64,000 nt of DNA from Polyangiaceae bacterium. Lineage in GTDB: Bacteria > Myxococcota_A > Polyangia > Polyangiales > Polyangiaceae. Below the pieces are notes generated by a model that saw only the letters and a list, made by a program, of their open reading frames with translations, was not told the DNA's origin and made no database searches. Of this stretch, positions 56,401-64,000 are shown one piece after another; the first letter of the stretch is position 1, and each line of letters starts with the position of its first letter. A program made the translations under genes and the position numbers. Location: the NCBI GenBank assembly GCA_965222375.1, contig CBDCTZ010000008.1:1-64000 (forward strand), written 5' to 3'.

Positions 56401-56613
56401 ATCCCGATCCCGCCGAGCGAAGCCTGGCAGGAGATCCCGGTCGTGGCCGGAGACGCCCTGAAGCTCAAACCCGGCAGGGTTGCTCGCTTGGTCGTGTACG
56501 CAGAACGCAGCGTGGAGGTCGCTGCTTTGGCCGCGTTGCCCCTGGCGGACGAGCTGCCGCCGCCGGCGCCGAAGCCCTGGAAGCCCTCGAAACCCCTGAC
56601 AGCCTCGCCGTGA
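53446..56613 (+). CDS. Membrane sulfatase-like (alkaline phosphatase superfamily) hydrolase/transferase with HEAT repeats
   Basis: N-terminal TM region; TIDALRADH, TPHTSYSVSSLMTG, HLFGPHEPY, TADHGE; HEAT-like LDDADVSVRRRAA. Confidence 0.85.
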   Translation: MASPSTRASMAEKAVVSQALNSGGDSGSLSAWLLGALGVVALAAIELVVVLLARRSVVASVWEAQNGALFLLPAWLGLAVVFGGVAAALVHASRRSSGRAERALMAACAAASAGAAAWGVGGGRHLSTLPARGGFTLALAAVGGAALWFGLPMLGRFSRRFQGRTALAMVAVCVCVSLANAWVLPRLYLAFHLGLCGIAALAAALAAIWGSGALALPRGRGPVALAVLVIMALVASFAMRPAALRLASFDNFRLLLVEHAPASGQVVRGLALLAPPPPLEDDCAAGDCGPNLPPGAKSPLRWQGRDVLLVTIDALRADHVGSYGYARKTTQHIDALSKQGAVFEYAYAATPHTSYSVSSLMTGKYMRPLLLQGMGEDSDTLAGLLRAYGYRTGGFYPPAVFFIDRKRFASFEKAGFGFEYRKVEFLEGQGRIDQVRSYLSGLKQDQRCFVWVHLFGPHEPYVADPKFDFGTRDVDRYDSEIAAADATLGRIVKAFRARSPKGVVIVTADHGEEFGDHGGRYHGTTAYEEQVRVPLVVSAPGSVEPRRVSELVQTIDILPTVLGALGIPIPPRVRGRDLGSLLAGRPGDPEGLAMAESEAQIMLGRGPHRLICERKIGACRMFDVVKDPGQTRDITTSEAEIARTLRAQMHELASSHGRFEVQGLRADGRGWPAAIVRAAAGDPDAAEELASLLDDADVSVRRRAAELLFQMRRKETAPALRLALGRDEDETVRRWTALSLTRLGQGAPLVVELLRGDDLRWKRFAALALAESGDRRGGPILVEWWKDKTDRDFTRSVELLEAFVEIKEKDAVWPLTQSLGDVRLRPHIADTLAALGEEGARVSLARAFRQERYQGARVALARAVVKLDGGPEIAPAMVRFLGVPDPIPGGLGLAADAGILMSVGGPAGRELKRLRRNASLGAEVTLVVPKGGNGTGVRLLVRARARGQPGAVVVAPPLANVRYNRKGEPIKVRDLPRLKLKSATRIPIPPSEAWQEIPVVAGDALKLKPGRVARLVVYAERSVEVAALAALPLADELPPPAPKPWKPSKPLTASP

Positions 56614-56691
56614 GGCAATTTCGGCGCGACCCTGGGCGAGGGGTGCTATAGAGGCGACGAAAATCTTCGAGGATTCTCAGGGTAAACGACC

Positions 56692-58149
56692 GTGGCCACC
56701 AAGGAACCCAAGCTGTCCCGACGCGCGCGGCGGCGCGCGGCAGCCGAGCAGGCTGGCGCCGGCGATGCGGCGGACGACGCCAAAAACAGCGACTCCACCC
56801 CCGACAGTGCCGACGAGGGCGAGGGGGAAGACGAAGCGTCTGCGGGCGCAGAGGAGAGCGGCGGTTCGGATGACCAAGAGGTTGCCGAGACGCAAGCCGA
56901 CGAAGACGAGGCGCCCGCCACGGCTGCGCCAAGAAAGAAGAAGAAAAAGAAGAAGAAGGCTGCGGACGACGAAACCGACGATCCCAGCAAGATCCGCGAT
57001 CGCAACAAGCGGCTGCGCGCCGAAGCCGCGCGCCGGCGCCGTGGCAAGCGTGAGCGCGAACGTGAGGACGCGGCCGTTCAGGGGTTGGACGCCTCGGAGC
57101 TCGTCGATGACGCCGTCGCGCGGTGGACCTCGGCTGCAACCAAATGGGTCAAGGCGAACTTCAGCGTGCTGCAGTGGGTTCTGCTGCTCGGCGTCGCCGG
57201 TGTGATCGGTTGGCAGATCTACGCCTGGCGCTCGGGTCGTGCCTTGGAAAAGAGCTCGGATCAGCTGATCACGGCTGTAGAAGCCGAGACCGGCATTGTG
57301 GGCGCCCCGCCCAGCGACGATCCCACCTTCAATCCCAAACGCACTTTCGACAGCCACGAAAAACGACTCAAGGCCGCCGAAGAGCAGTATCGCGAGGCTG
57401 CGACCGCCCTGAAAGGCAAGGGCGCGGGGATCCTAGCGGAGCTGGGCCTGGCGGGAGTGCTCTACGATCAGGGCAAGTACGACGCAGCGCTGCAGAGCTA
57501 CGAGGCGGTCAAGGCTTCGCCCCTAGCCAAGCATGACGCGGACGTGCGCTTCCGCGCTGGGGAAGGGGTCGGGCTGTGCCTGGAAGCCAAGGGCGACGCA
57601 GCTGGCGCAGAGAAGGCCTTCAAGGAACTCGAATCCTCCGAGTCGGCGGGCTTCGTGGCCTTGTCCTACTACCACCAAGCGCGACTGGCCTACGCCGCCG
57701 GCAAGAAAGACAAGGTCAAGGAGCTCCTCCAGAAGGTCAAAGAGAAGACCGAGAAAGACAAGTCGCCTTTCGCGACAGCAAGCTACCTCGAGCGGGCTAG
57801 TCGCGACCTGTTGGCTGCCGTCGACCCCAGCGTGGCCAGGACGCCTTCAGCGAACTACTCGCCGGAGCAGATAGACAAGCTCAAGGAGCAGATCATGAAG
57901 GACCCGAGCAAGCTCAAGAAGATGCTCGAGGACATGCAGAAGAACGTCAAAGACATCACGAAGGACCTGCCGAAGGAGGGTGATCTGCCGAAGGAGGGCG
58001 CACCCACGCCTTCCACACCCACTCCAACGGCTCCTCAGGCGCCCGCGCCCGCTCCGGCGCCGCAGCCCCAGACTCCGCCGGCTCCAGCACCCGCGCCGGC
58101 TCCAGCGCCCGCACCGGCTCCAGCGCCGGCTCCGGCCCCCACGCCATGA
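56692..58149 (+). CDS. YfgM-like single-TM TPR protein with acidic/poly-Lys N-terminus and (PA)n tail
   Basis: WVKAN-TM-WQIY followed by TPRs; immediately upstream of bamB-like gene as in the yfgM-bamB arrangement. Confidence 0.7.
   Translation: MATKEPKLSRRARRRAAAEQAGAGDAADDAKNSDSTPDSADEGEGEDEASAGAEESGGSDDQEVAETQADEDEAPATAAPRKKKKKKKKAADDETDDPSKIRDRNKRLRAEAARRRRGKREREREDAAVQGLDASELVDDAVARWTSAATKWVKANFSVLQWVLLLGVAGVIGWQIYAWRSGRALEKSSDQLITAVEAETGIVGAPPSDDPTFNPKRTFDSHEKRLKAAEEQYREAATALKGKGAGILAELGLAGVLYDQGKYDAALQSYEAVKASPLAKHDADVRFRAGEGVGLCLEAKGDAAGAEKAFKELESSESAGFVALSYYHQARLAYAAGKKDKVKELLQKVKEKTEKDKSPFATASYLERASRDLLAAVDPSVARTPSANYSPEQIDKLKEQIMKDPSKLKKMLEDMQKNVKDITKDLPKEGDLPKEGAPTPSTPTPTAPQAPAPAPAPQPQTPPAPAPAPAPAPAPAPAPAPAPTP
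58040..58146 (+). repeat. Coding Pro-Ala tandem repeat
   Basis: ccggctccagcg-type 6/18-bp periodicity. Confidence 0.75.
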
Positions 58150-59399
58150 AGCGAGGCACCGCATCGCTGCTCTCCGCTGCGGCGCTATGCGCTGGCGTGT
58201 TCGGTTGTGAGAGCCTTCAGTACGGCGCGAACCCGGAAGTTCCGTCATGGCGCTATCGGCCCAGCGGTTCCTTGGCGGTCACCTATAAGAAGCGATTCTT
58301 CGCCGAGTCACGCAAAGTGGGGGAGCCCTATGAGCGGGGACAGCCGGAAATCGACGTGGCCGGGCGGCGGGTGTTCTTCGGCTCTAGCGACCACGGGCTC
58401 TATGCCGTCAGCGCCCTAGATGGCGCCAAACTCTGGCGCTTTGAAACCGTTGGCGCCGTGCAATGCGCGCCGCTCTACGATCCGAACGAAGACGTCGTCT
58501 ATTTCGGCTCCAACGACGGCGCGCTCTACAAGGTGCAGGCGAAGACCGGCGAACTGATTTGGCGCTTTTCGACCAACGCCGAGGTGGCCCGGCGCCCCGT
58601 GCTCGCCGCGGGGCGGCTGTACGCGGTCAACGCGAACGACACCGTGCTGGCCCTGGACGCCAAAACCGGCAAAGCGCTGTGGACTCAGCACCGCACGCCC
58701 GCACTGGGCATGGAGGTCGCGGGCTACTCCGGTCCGCTGCTGTGGCGCGGCAAGGTGTACGTCGGCTTTTCGGACGGCAACGTCACGGCCTTCGACGCTA
58801 GCAGTGGCGACGAACGCTGGCAGCCCGTGGACCTGAGCGCCGAAGCGGAGCAGGCGCTGGGAGACATTCCGACGTATCTAGACGTCGACACGACACCGGT
58901 GGGCGCCATGATCGACACCGGCGCCGTCGTCTTCGTCGGCTCCTATCAGGGTGGCGTTTTCGCGTTGGACGCGGAAACGGGGACCACCGTGTGGTCCAAT
59001 CCCGCGGTCCTGGGCGTCAGTGAGGTCACGATGTGGACTGAACCGGCTCACGCGCCAACCGACGGCCCCGGGCCGGAGATCCCCGAGAAAAGGCTGCTCT
59101 TGGCCAGCACCGGGACCACGGGCCTTTGGGCCTTGGATCCCGAGACCGGCAAGGAGCAGTGGCGCTCGAGTCTGCCCACGGGCGGCGTGTCCGCACCGGT
59201 GCCCATCCAGGGCGCGCTCTTGGTTTCCGCGAGCCAGCTCGGCGTATTCCTGGTGTCGCCGGTGGACGGCAGCGTGATCGACGGCATCCACATGGCTGAC
59301 GGCTCAGCCGCGACTCCAGCGGCCTTCGGGCGGCGCGCGTTCGTGTTGAGCAACAACGGCCATTTGATCAGTATTCACGTGACGCCGCCCAAGGGCTGA
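58146..59399 (+). CDS. PQQ-like beta-propeller lipoprotein (BamB-like)
   Basis: Lipobox FGC; repeated AxDxxTGxxxW motifs. Confidence 0.82.
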   Translation: MKRGTASLLSAAALCAGVFGCESLQYGANPEVPSWRYRPSGSLAVTYKKRFFAESRKVGEPYERGQPEIDVAGRRVFFGSSDHGLYAVSALDGAKLWRFETVGAVQCAPLYDPNEDVVYFGSNDGALYKVQAKTGELIWRFSTNAEVARRPVLAAGRLYAVNANDTVLALDAKTGKALWTQHRTPALGMEVAGYSGPLLWRGKVYVGFSDGNVTAFDASSGDERWQPVDLSAEAEQALGDIPTYLDVDTTPVGAMIDTGAVVFVGSYQGGVFALDAETGTTVWSNPAVLGVSEVTMWTEPAHAPTDGPGPEIPEKRLLLASTGTTGLWALDPETGKEQWRSSLPTGGVSAPVPIQGALLVSASQLGVFLVSPVDGSVIDGIHMADGSAATPAAFGRRAFVLSNNGHLISIHVTPPKG

Positions 59400-59711
59400 T
59401 AGCGGCGCCCGAGGGAGCGCAGGCGTGAGAACGAGCGCGGGCGTGGGCGCAGTGCGCGAAGCGTGGCGAGTGGCTTGGGATTGTTGGAGTCGGGCTCTGG
59501 GGCGGCGCGCGGTCGCTAATCTCGTATTGGCTCGAATCGGGTCGCTTTCCCCTTGGAATGCGCCGATGGGGGTGAATTCAGGCCCATCGCCTATAACGTA
59601 ACCTGACTCGCCACGCGCCCCGCCGCTCCGGGCTTGTTCAACACCCGCATTCGTCGGCGATCTAGCATCGGCGCCCTCGGTTGAGCGACACGGCGCCGAC
59701 GAAGTGCTCAG

Positions 59712-59739
59712 AGTTCGCATAAGATACATTATGTTAACT
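59712..59739 (+). other. dif: dif site (XerC/XerD chromosome dimer resolution site)
   Basis: AGTTCGCATAA-GATACA-TTATGTTAACT vs E. coli GGTGCGCATAA-TGTATA-TTATGTTAAAT: 9/11 XerC arm, 10/11 XerD arm; intergenic; skew flips here. Confidence 0.88.
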
Positions 59740-59785
59740 TTCACCCAGCCCCCGGATGGGGGCTGGGTGAGAAAGTTAGACATAA
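59729..59785. repeat. Imperfect inverted repeat incorporating the XerD arm of dif
   Basis: Perfect 13-bp stem 59741-59753/59758-59770 with GGAT loop; TAACTT/AAGTTA and TTATGT/ACATAA outer stems with GA and G bulges. Confidence 0.85.
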
Positions 59786-59840
59786 CGTCCGCCGTTTTTG
59801 GGGAGGCGCGCCGTGGCGAACTGATTACGCGCGGCACGAG

Positions 59841-60255
59841 TTGGGTCACATCATGCGGGTGCGTCAGCTCCGCACAGATCAAGTAATCCCGCGCCTCCAC
59901 ACGAGATCACAAAACCAACCCCACGAGACCCATCTCGACCACGTCAACCTAGCTCGACCTAGACCACATCTCGCAATCGCCCCAGGTCCGCCCTGGTCAC
60001 GTAATTCCACGCCCCCACGCGAGATCACAAAACCAACCCCACGAGCCCCGACTCCGTCCTGCACCAGCTCGTCCACGCCGACCTGGCCCCACCTAGACCA
60101 CAGCTCGCAAGGGCACCAGCTCGGAACTGATCCCGTACTTCAGCCCCCGCGCGAGAATCACAAGACCAACCCCACGTTGCGCCAACGAGGCCGATCTGGA
60201 CCACACGCCGCAAGCGCACCAACTCCGCCCTGATCCTGTAGTTCTGCGCCCCCTG
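59841..60255. repeat. Degenerate tandem repeat, three full units (59883-60000, 60001-60134, 60135-60237) plus partial flanks
   Basis: Core CGAGATCACAAAACCAACCCCACGAG identical at 59902-59927 and 60020-60045, variant at 60152-60176; second shared block CTAGACCACA..CGCAA. Confidence 0.8.
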
Positions 60256-60318
60256 CAGTGATCAAACTGTTCGCCGTGGCCGCACGAAATCGCGTACACC
60301 TGGCGCCGAGCGCGACGA

Positions 60319-60969
60319 TCACTGCTCGCAGTTGTCGAAAACGAAAAAGCCTTCCCCTTCGCAGAATAGGGTTGGGTGTACGGTTGGCTGCTGCTCGGGG
60401 ACCAGCCCTGGGCAGGCGAATTTCGCCCAGATCTTTCCGTCCGAGACTTGAAGCGGTGGGTCTTCGACGCTCACCGTGCACGGTGTTGCGTCGGGGTTCT
60501 TGACGTATTCGAGCAGTATCGGATTTCGATGGACTATCTGTCCAGTGCCGGTCCCACCCGGTGCCACGTCAGCGGTGATATCAAACGACACTCCCTTGTG
60601 AGAGATGTCGCCTTGGATCGAGAAGATACCTCCGTTGTTGCGCATGGTACAGCTGATGCTGGCACCGTCCTCGCCGTCAACGACCCGTGCGCCTGGTTTG
60701 ATTGCGTCTGGAGGCGGCGAGCCCACAAAGACTGAGTGGCCGCCGACCACGCACTTTGTCCCTGGTGGTGTGAGCGATGGATCAGCCCCGCGGATGTTCA
60801 CCTTGAGGCCGGCCTGAGGCGGATTCGCTATCCCTCCGCCCTCTCCCGCCGCGCCGCCGCCTCCACCTTTTCCGGGCCCAACGCCGCTGCTGCAGGCTGC
60901 CATCGCCAGAACGCAGGCGAGTACTCCCGGGGGGCCTAAGTTCAACTGCAAGATCCCGCTACGTCTCAT
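60319..60969 (-). CDS. Hypothetical lipoprotein
   Basis: Lipobox MAAC, Gly linker, Cys-containing beta-rich domain ending FDNC. Confidence 0.75.
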   Translation of the reverse strand: MRRSGILQLNLGPPGVLACVLAMAACSSGVGPGKGGGGGAAGEGGGIANPPQAGLKVNIRGADPSLTPPGTKCVVGGHSVFVGSPPPDAIKPGARVVDGEDGASISCTMRNNGGIFSIQGDISHKGVSFDITADVAPGGTGTGQIVHRNPILLEYVKNPDATPCTVSVEDPPLQVSDGKIWAKFACPGLVPEQQPTVHPTLFCEGEGFFVFDNCEQ

Positions 60970-61007
60970 GCGGTCTAGCTAGCCCGTTGGGCGCACTCCG
61001 GCACTAG

Positions 61008-62691
61008 GGGCCTGACCACTTAAGCGGCAACTCGCAACTGATCGATAACGCTCAGGTTGCTGAGAGCAGCGTGCCGGCGGAGGTCGAAGAGGTTGTTGCG
61101 CTGACCACGGTAGCGAGCACGGTCGCCTTGGCGGTTATGCAGGGTCGCGAGGCTGTGTTCGACGGCAGTACGCTTGCGAAGGCGGGCGCGGCCTTCGCGC
61201 GTGCGGGCGTTTTCGCGCAGCTGGATGTGGAAGGGCTCATGGGGGTGTAGCGTGACGCTGCGGCCACGCCCCGGGGCGGCGCGCGTGCAGTCGTCGCGGC
61301 TGCGACATACATCGCAGCGGGCAGCTGGGAAGCGAGCGACGGAGCCAGCGCTCGCTTTAACCGCAACGCCTTCGGGACAACGGGCGATTCCCGCAGCCAG
61401 ATCGAGCTTGAAATCGGCCTTGGTGAAGCGCCCGCCGTTGCGCAACGGAAACGGTTTGCAGAAAACCTCTGTTCCTTCGGCGCGACGGGATTCGATCGCA
61501 TCGTCGCCAAGGTAGCCTCGATCGATGTAGAGTTCTGAAACGGAGCCGCACTGTTCGAGTAATTCTGCCGAAGCGACACGTTCAGGACGATTCGCGGGGG
61601 TGATCGCGACGGCGCAGATGATGCCGGGCGTATCGAGCTGTATCGCGATGTGTCGCTTGTAGCCGTCGATGCGTTTCTTCTTGCTCTTGCGGCCATGACG
61701 CATGTCGGGGTCACTCACGCTAATGCGTCGGTCCTTCGCCACGCCGCGTGTGATCCGGCTCCCTCCGTCCCCGTCTGGATCGGGCTCGGTGTCCTGCGAG
61801 ACGAGCTTTTCCACCAGTGCCCACTGCCCGGCCAGCGGCGCTTCTTTCAGCGGTTTCGTCAGCTCTTTTTCGAGAAAGCGGCCGAGTGACTGTACCTGCT
61901 TGAGCAGTCGACCGAGCGCCTTGGTGCGCGCCCCAGGGTCGTCCCAGTCGATGTCGAGCCCTGTCTTGATGCTGGTGGCGTTGAGTACTGGGATCCCCGC
62001 AGCAGCCGCGACCTTGTCGACGGGTTGACCGAGCCGCCGCGCTGCCGTGCGAACGACGTGTAGCGAGGCGCGCCCGATGAGATTGAAGGTGTCCTCGACG
62101 CGACCCGCGCCCCATAGTGGGCTGGCGTCGAATGCAGCACGCAGGTGCGTTGCACTGAATCCGCCCGTCTCGCGTGCGAGTTCGACCGTCTTGTTGAAGA
62201 GCAGCTCGTCGAGCCCATGCGCAATGACGCGCTGGCGAAAGTTGTAAAACGTGCCTTGCGAGAAGAGCGGCACTTCGATTCCCGCACAGTTGAGCACCAT
62301 TTGCCAGCGGCGATCCATCAACGTAAGCTCAACCACCTCGTGGTCGGGCACACGCAGCGCGGCCTGCAGCAACATCGCAAGGCCGAGTTGAGCAGGCGGG
62401 ACGCGACCACGCCCCCGCTCCACGGGCGAATATGCCTCCGTCAGCTTCGCCTGCATCTCTTCGTCAAAAATCCTATGTCGCAGCTCGCGCAGGAATACGA
62501 ATACTCTGCGTTTCGCACATCGCTTTGCGATGAACTTCTCACCACGCGACAGCTCGACCGGCGCCTTCCAGATCTCCATGGGGTCCTCCTGACCCCGTTT
62601 GATCACTACACGCCCGGCGCGTCGATCCTGGCTTCTAAGCGATCGAACTTGCTTTGTATTTCGACGCCGCCGCTAGAATTTGATCGGGTCT
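61008..62691 (-). mobile_element. IS1182-family (IS5-related) insertion sequence, about 1.68 kb
   Basis: CTAG direct repeats at 61004-61007 and 62692-62695; imperfect terminal IRs GGGCCTGACCA / AGACCCGATCA; one transposase ORF. Confidence 0.8.
61020..62579 (-). CDS. IS1182-family DDE transposase
   Basis: AAFDASP, DPDMRHGRK..DGYK, IDRGY, Cys-rich insertion CPEG..CDVC..C, RTAVE; start ATG 62579 after AGGA. Confidence 0.9.
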   Translation of the reverse strand: MEIWKAPVELSRGEKFIAKRCAKRRVFVFLRELRHRIFDEEMQAKLTEAYSPVERGRGRVPPAQLGLAMLLQAALRVPDHEVVELTLMDRRWQMVLNCAGIEVPLFSQGTFYNFRQRVIAHGLDELLFNKTVELARETGGFSATHLRAAFDASPLWGAGRVEDTFNLIGRASLHVVRTAARRLGQPVDKVAAAAGIPVLNATSIKTGLDIDWDDPGARTKALGRLLKQVQSLGRFLEKELTKPLKEAPLAGQWALVEKLVSQDTEPDPDGDGGSRITRGVAKDRRISVSDPDMRHGRKSKKKRIDGYKRHIAIQLDTPGIICAVAITPANRPERVASAELLEQCGSVSELYIDRGYLGDDAIESRRAEGTEVFCKPFPLRNGGRFTKADFKLDLAAGIARCPEGVAVKASAGSVARFPAARCDVCRSRDDCTRAAPGRGRSVTLHPHEPFHIQLRENARTREGRARLRKRTAVEHSLATLHNRQGDRARYRGQRNNLFDLRRHAALSNLSVIDQLRVAA

Positions 62692-62859
62692 CTAGATAGA
62701 ATCGGACAACCTCCCATCACCGAGCGAACATCCGGGCACCCCCGTGCGAACAAACCAACTTCCACGAGCCCCACCTCCGCGCTAGTGGCAACCCTCGCCA
62801 CAGCGCGAGAATAGCGCCCCTGTCGCCGCCCCAGCGCCGCGACCCCAAACCTCAGAAAC

Positions 62860-63627
62860 TCAAAGCACGAACTGATCGCCGAGACCGAGCACGGTCAGGT
62901 TCACGCCCTTGAGTCGGGCACACTCCTGTTCCACCTCTGACTGGAAGACAGGTTTGATGTGGTAGAGCAACGTGGGCAGATCCTTCGGAGTGCCGTACTT
63001 CCTCAGGTCTTTGGCCAGAGTGCGGGGCGTGTGGTGGCCGCTCACGGTGGCGAGCTTCTGTTCTCGGTTGGGGAAACTGACTTCCATGAGCAGCGCCTTG
63101 AGGCGCTCTTCTTCGCGGAGTATCTCCCACAGGCGATCTGTGGGTCCTGTGTCGCCACTGTAGCCGATGGTAGCGTCTTTGCCGCGGATGATGAAACCGG
63201 CGCTTTCGATAGTGTGTTCGACCATGACACTGGTCACGTCGTAGTCACCGATCTTGGTCGGTTTTTCGGGCTTGAGCTCGACGAACTTGACTGTGGGATG
63301 CGCCTTGGTCGGGATCTCCGAGAAGTCGGGCCAGATGTAGTTATTGAAGAAGTGTTTCTTCAGTGCGCGAATCGTTCCCTTGCTAGCAGCGACGACCAGT
63401 GGCTCGCATTCAGCCTGGCAGCGGTTGTCGGCTATGGTCGCGAGATCTCGGATGTGATCCAGGTGAGCGTGGCTGACCAGCACCGCGCCGAGGCGGAACT
63501 GCATCCTCAGATCCAGCCCGCTGGTCAGGGAGCCGGCATCCAGCGCAACACGCTCGTCCAGGACGAAGGCGCTGGTGCGGTGCTGGGGTGTTTCACCGCC
63601 GTGGCAGCCGACGACGCGCAGTTCCAT
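62860..63627 (-). CDS. Class II 3',5'-cyclic-nucleotide phosphodiesterase (metallo-beta-lactamase fold)
   Basis: GCHGG, LDAGS, SHAHLDH, HFFNNYIWPDF, SGDTGPT, EVSFPN, YHIKP; start ATG 63627. Confidence 0.88.
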   Translation of the reverse strand: MELRVVGCHGGETPQHRTSAFVLDERVALDAGSLTSGLDLRMQFRLGAVLVSHAHLDHIRDLATIADNRCQAECEPLVVAASKGTIRALKKHFFNNYIWPDFSEIPTKAHPTVKFVELKPEKPTKIGDYDVTSVMVEHTIESAGFIIRGKDATIGYSGDTGPTDRLWEILREEERLKALLMEVSFPNREQKLATVSGHHTPRTLAKDLRKYGTPKDLPTLLYHIKPVFQSEVEQECARLKGVNLTVLGLGDQFVL

Positions 63628-63981
63628 CAGCTCATGGCCTTTCGGTCCCGGATTCGCTTGCGACCGTGCGCGGCAGATGGCCCGGAGCCTAGGCATCGCC
63701 GGGGCGCGGAAGGTCCCGATGGCATCTCCACCCGAGCATATAGCCCCTGGCCTCGTGTGGTCAAAACGGCTTCACCGCTGTCTCACTTGCGGCTCGAAAC
63801 GGCTTTGGCAAGTGCTTTTCGGCCCAAAAGCCTTGCCCGAGGCGAAAAAAACAGCTAGTTACGCCCGCCCTGGCGGCGAAAAGCTCTCTAGAGCAGGCGG
63901 CCAGTACCGCTAGCCCAGGCCACCATGGCCCGCGCTTTCGGCAAAGGAACTTCGGTTCAATTCCCCTTGGGGGATCGTCTA

Positions 63982-64000
63982 ATGGCAGGACACAAGATTC
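63982..64000 (+). CDS. Possible start of a gene running off the window (MAGHKI...)
   Basis: ATG after GGGGGA; only 6 codons visible. Confidence 0.3.

Noticed and set aside
59732..59781. Possible integron attC (GTTAGAC fits GTTRRRY; bulged hairpin)
   Set aside because: Only about 50 bp, the left end TGTTAAC does not fit RYYYAAC, there is no cassette ORF or integrase, and dif explains the sequence better
59883..60237. Possible CRISPR array
   Set aside because: Inter-core segments are about 90-105 bp and similar to each other, the cores are not palindromic, and no cas genes are present
1..64000. tRNA, rRNA or riboswitch genes
   Set aside because: None recognised by eye in the intergenic regions; tRNAscan-SE and Infernal/Rfam would be needed to exclude them

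Overview
High-GC bacterial chromosomal window. The Ser/Thr kinase, Cys/Gly-rich lipoproteins, FGE-like paralogs and sigma54 activator suggest a myxobacterium (Polyangiaceae-like); this is inferred, not tested. It is mostly housekeeping and envelope genes: nuoABCD-HI with no nuoEFG, miaB, thiS, VanW plus L,D-transpeptidase, GH15 plus fused TPS/TPP, pcm, argCB, hisS, ruvX-mltG-tkt, nagZ, accD-folC-yajQ-glmM-ABC, dut, bamD, greA, yfgM-like/bamB-like, and a class II cyclic-nucleotide phosphodiesterase. The main non-coding signal is a near-canonical XerC/XerD dif site at 59712-59739. GGGNAGGG (KOPS-like) octamers point toward it and the + strand flips from G/T-rich to C/A-rich across it, so the window probably holds the replication terminus. 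The XerD arm forms the left foot of a 57-bp hairpin with an inverted second XerD-like arm. It is followed by a degenerate ~100-135 bp tandem repeat and an IS1182-family element with CTAG duplications. Other candidates are a STAND-TPR/vWA-less RavA-type ATPase/dUTPase operon, two tandem-palindrome operators (a TetR-DCC module and an ATPase-nuclease gene), a 33-Cys ladder lipoprotein, a lipoprotein-signal PCM, and signs of leaderless translation. No rRNA, tRNA or CRISPR array was recognised. All calls are by-eye motif recognition; no searches were run.
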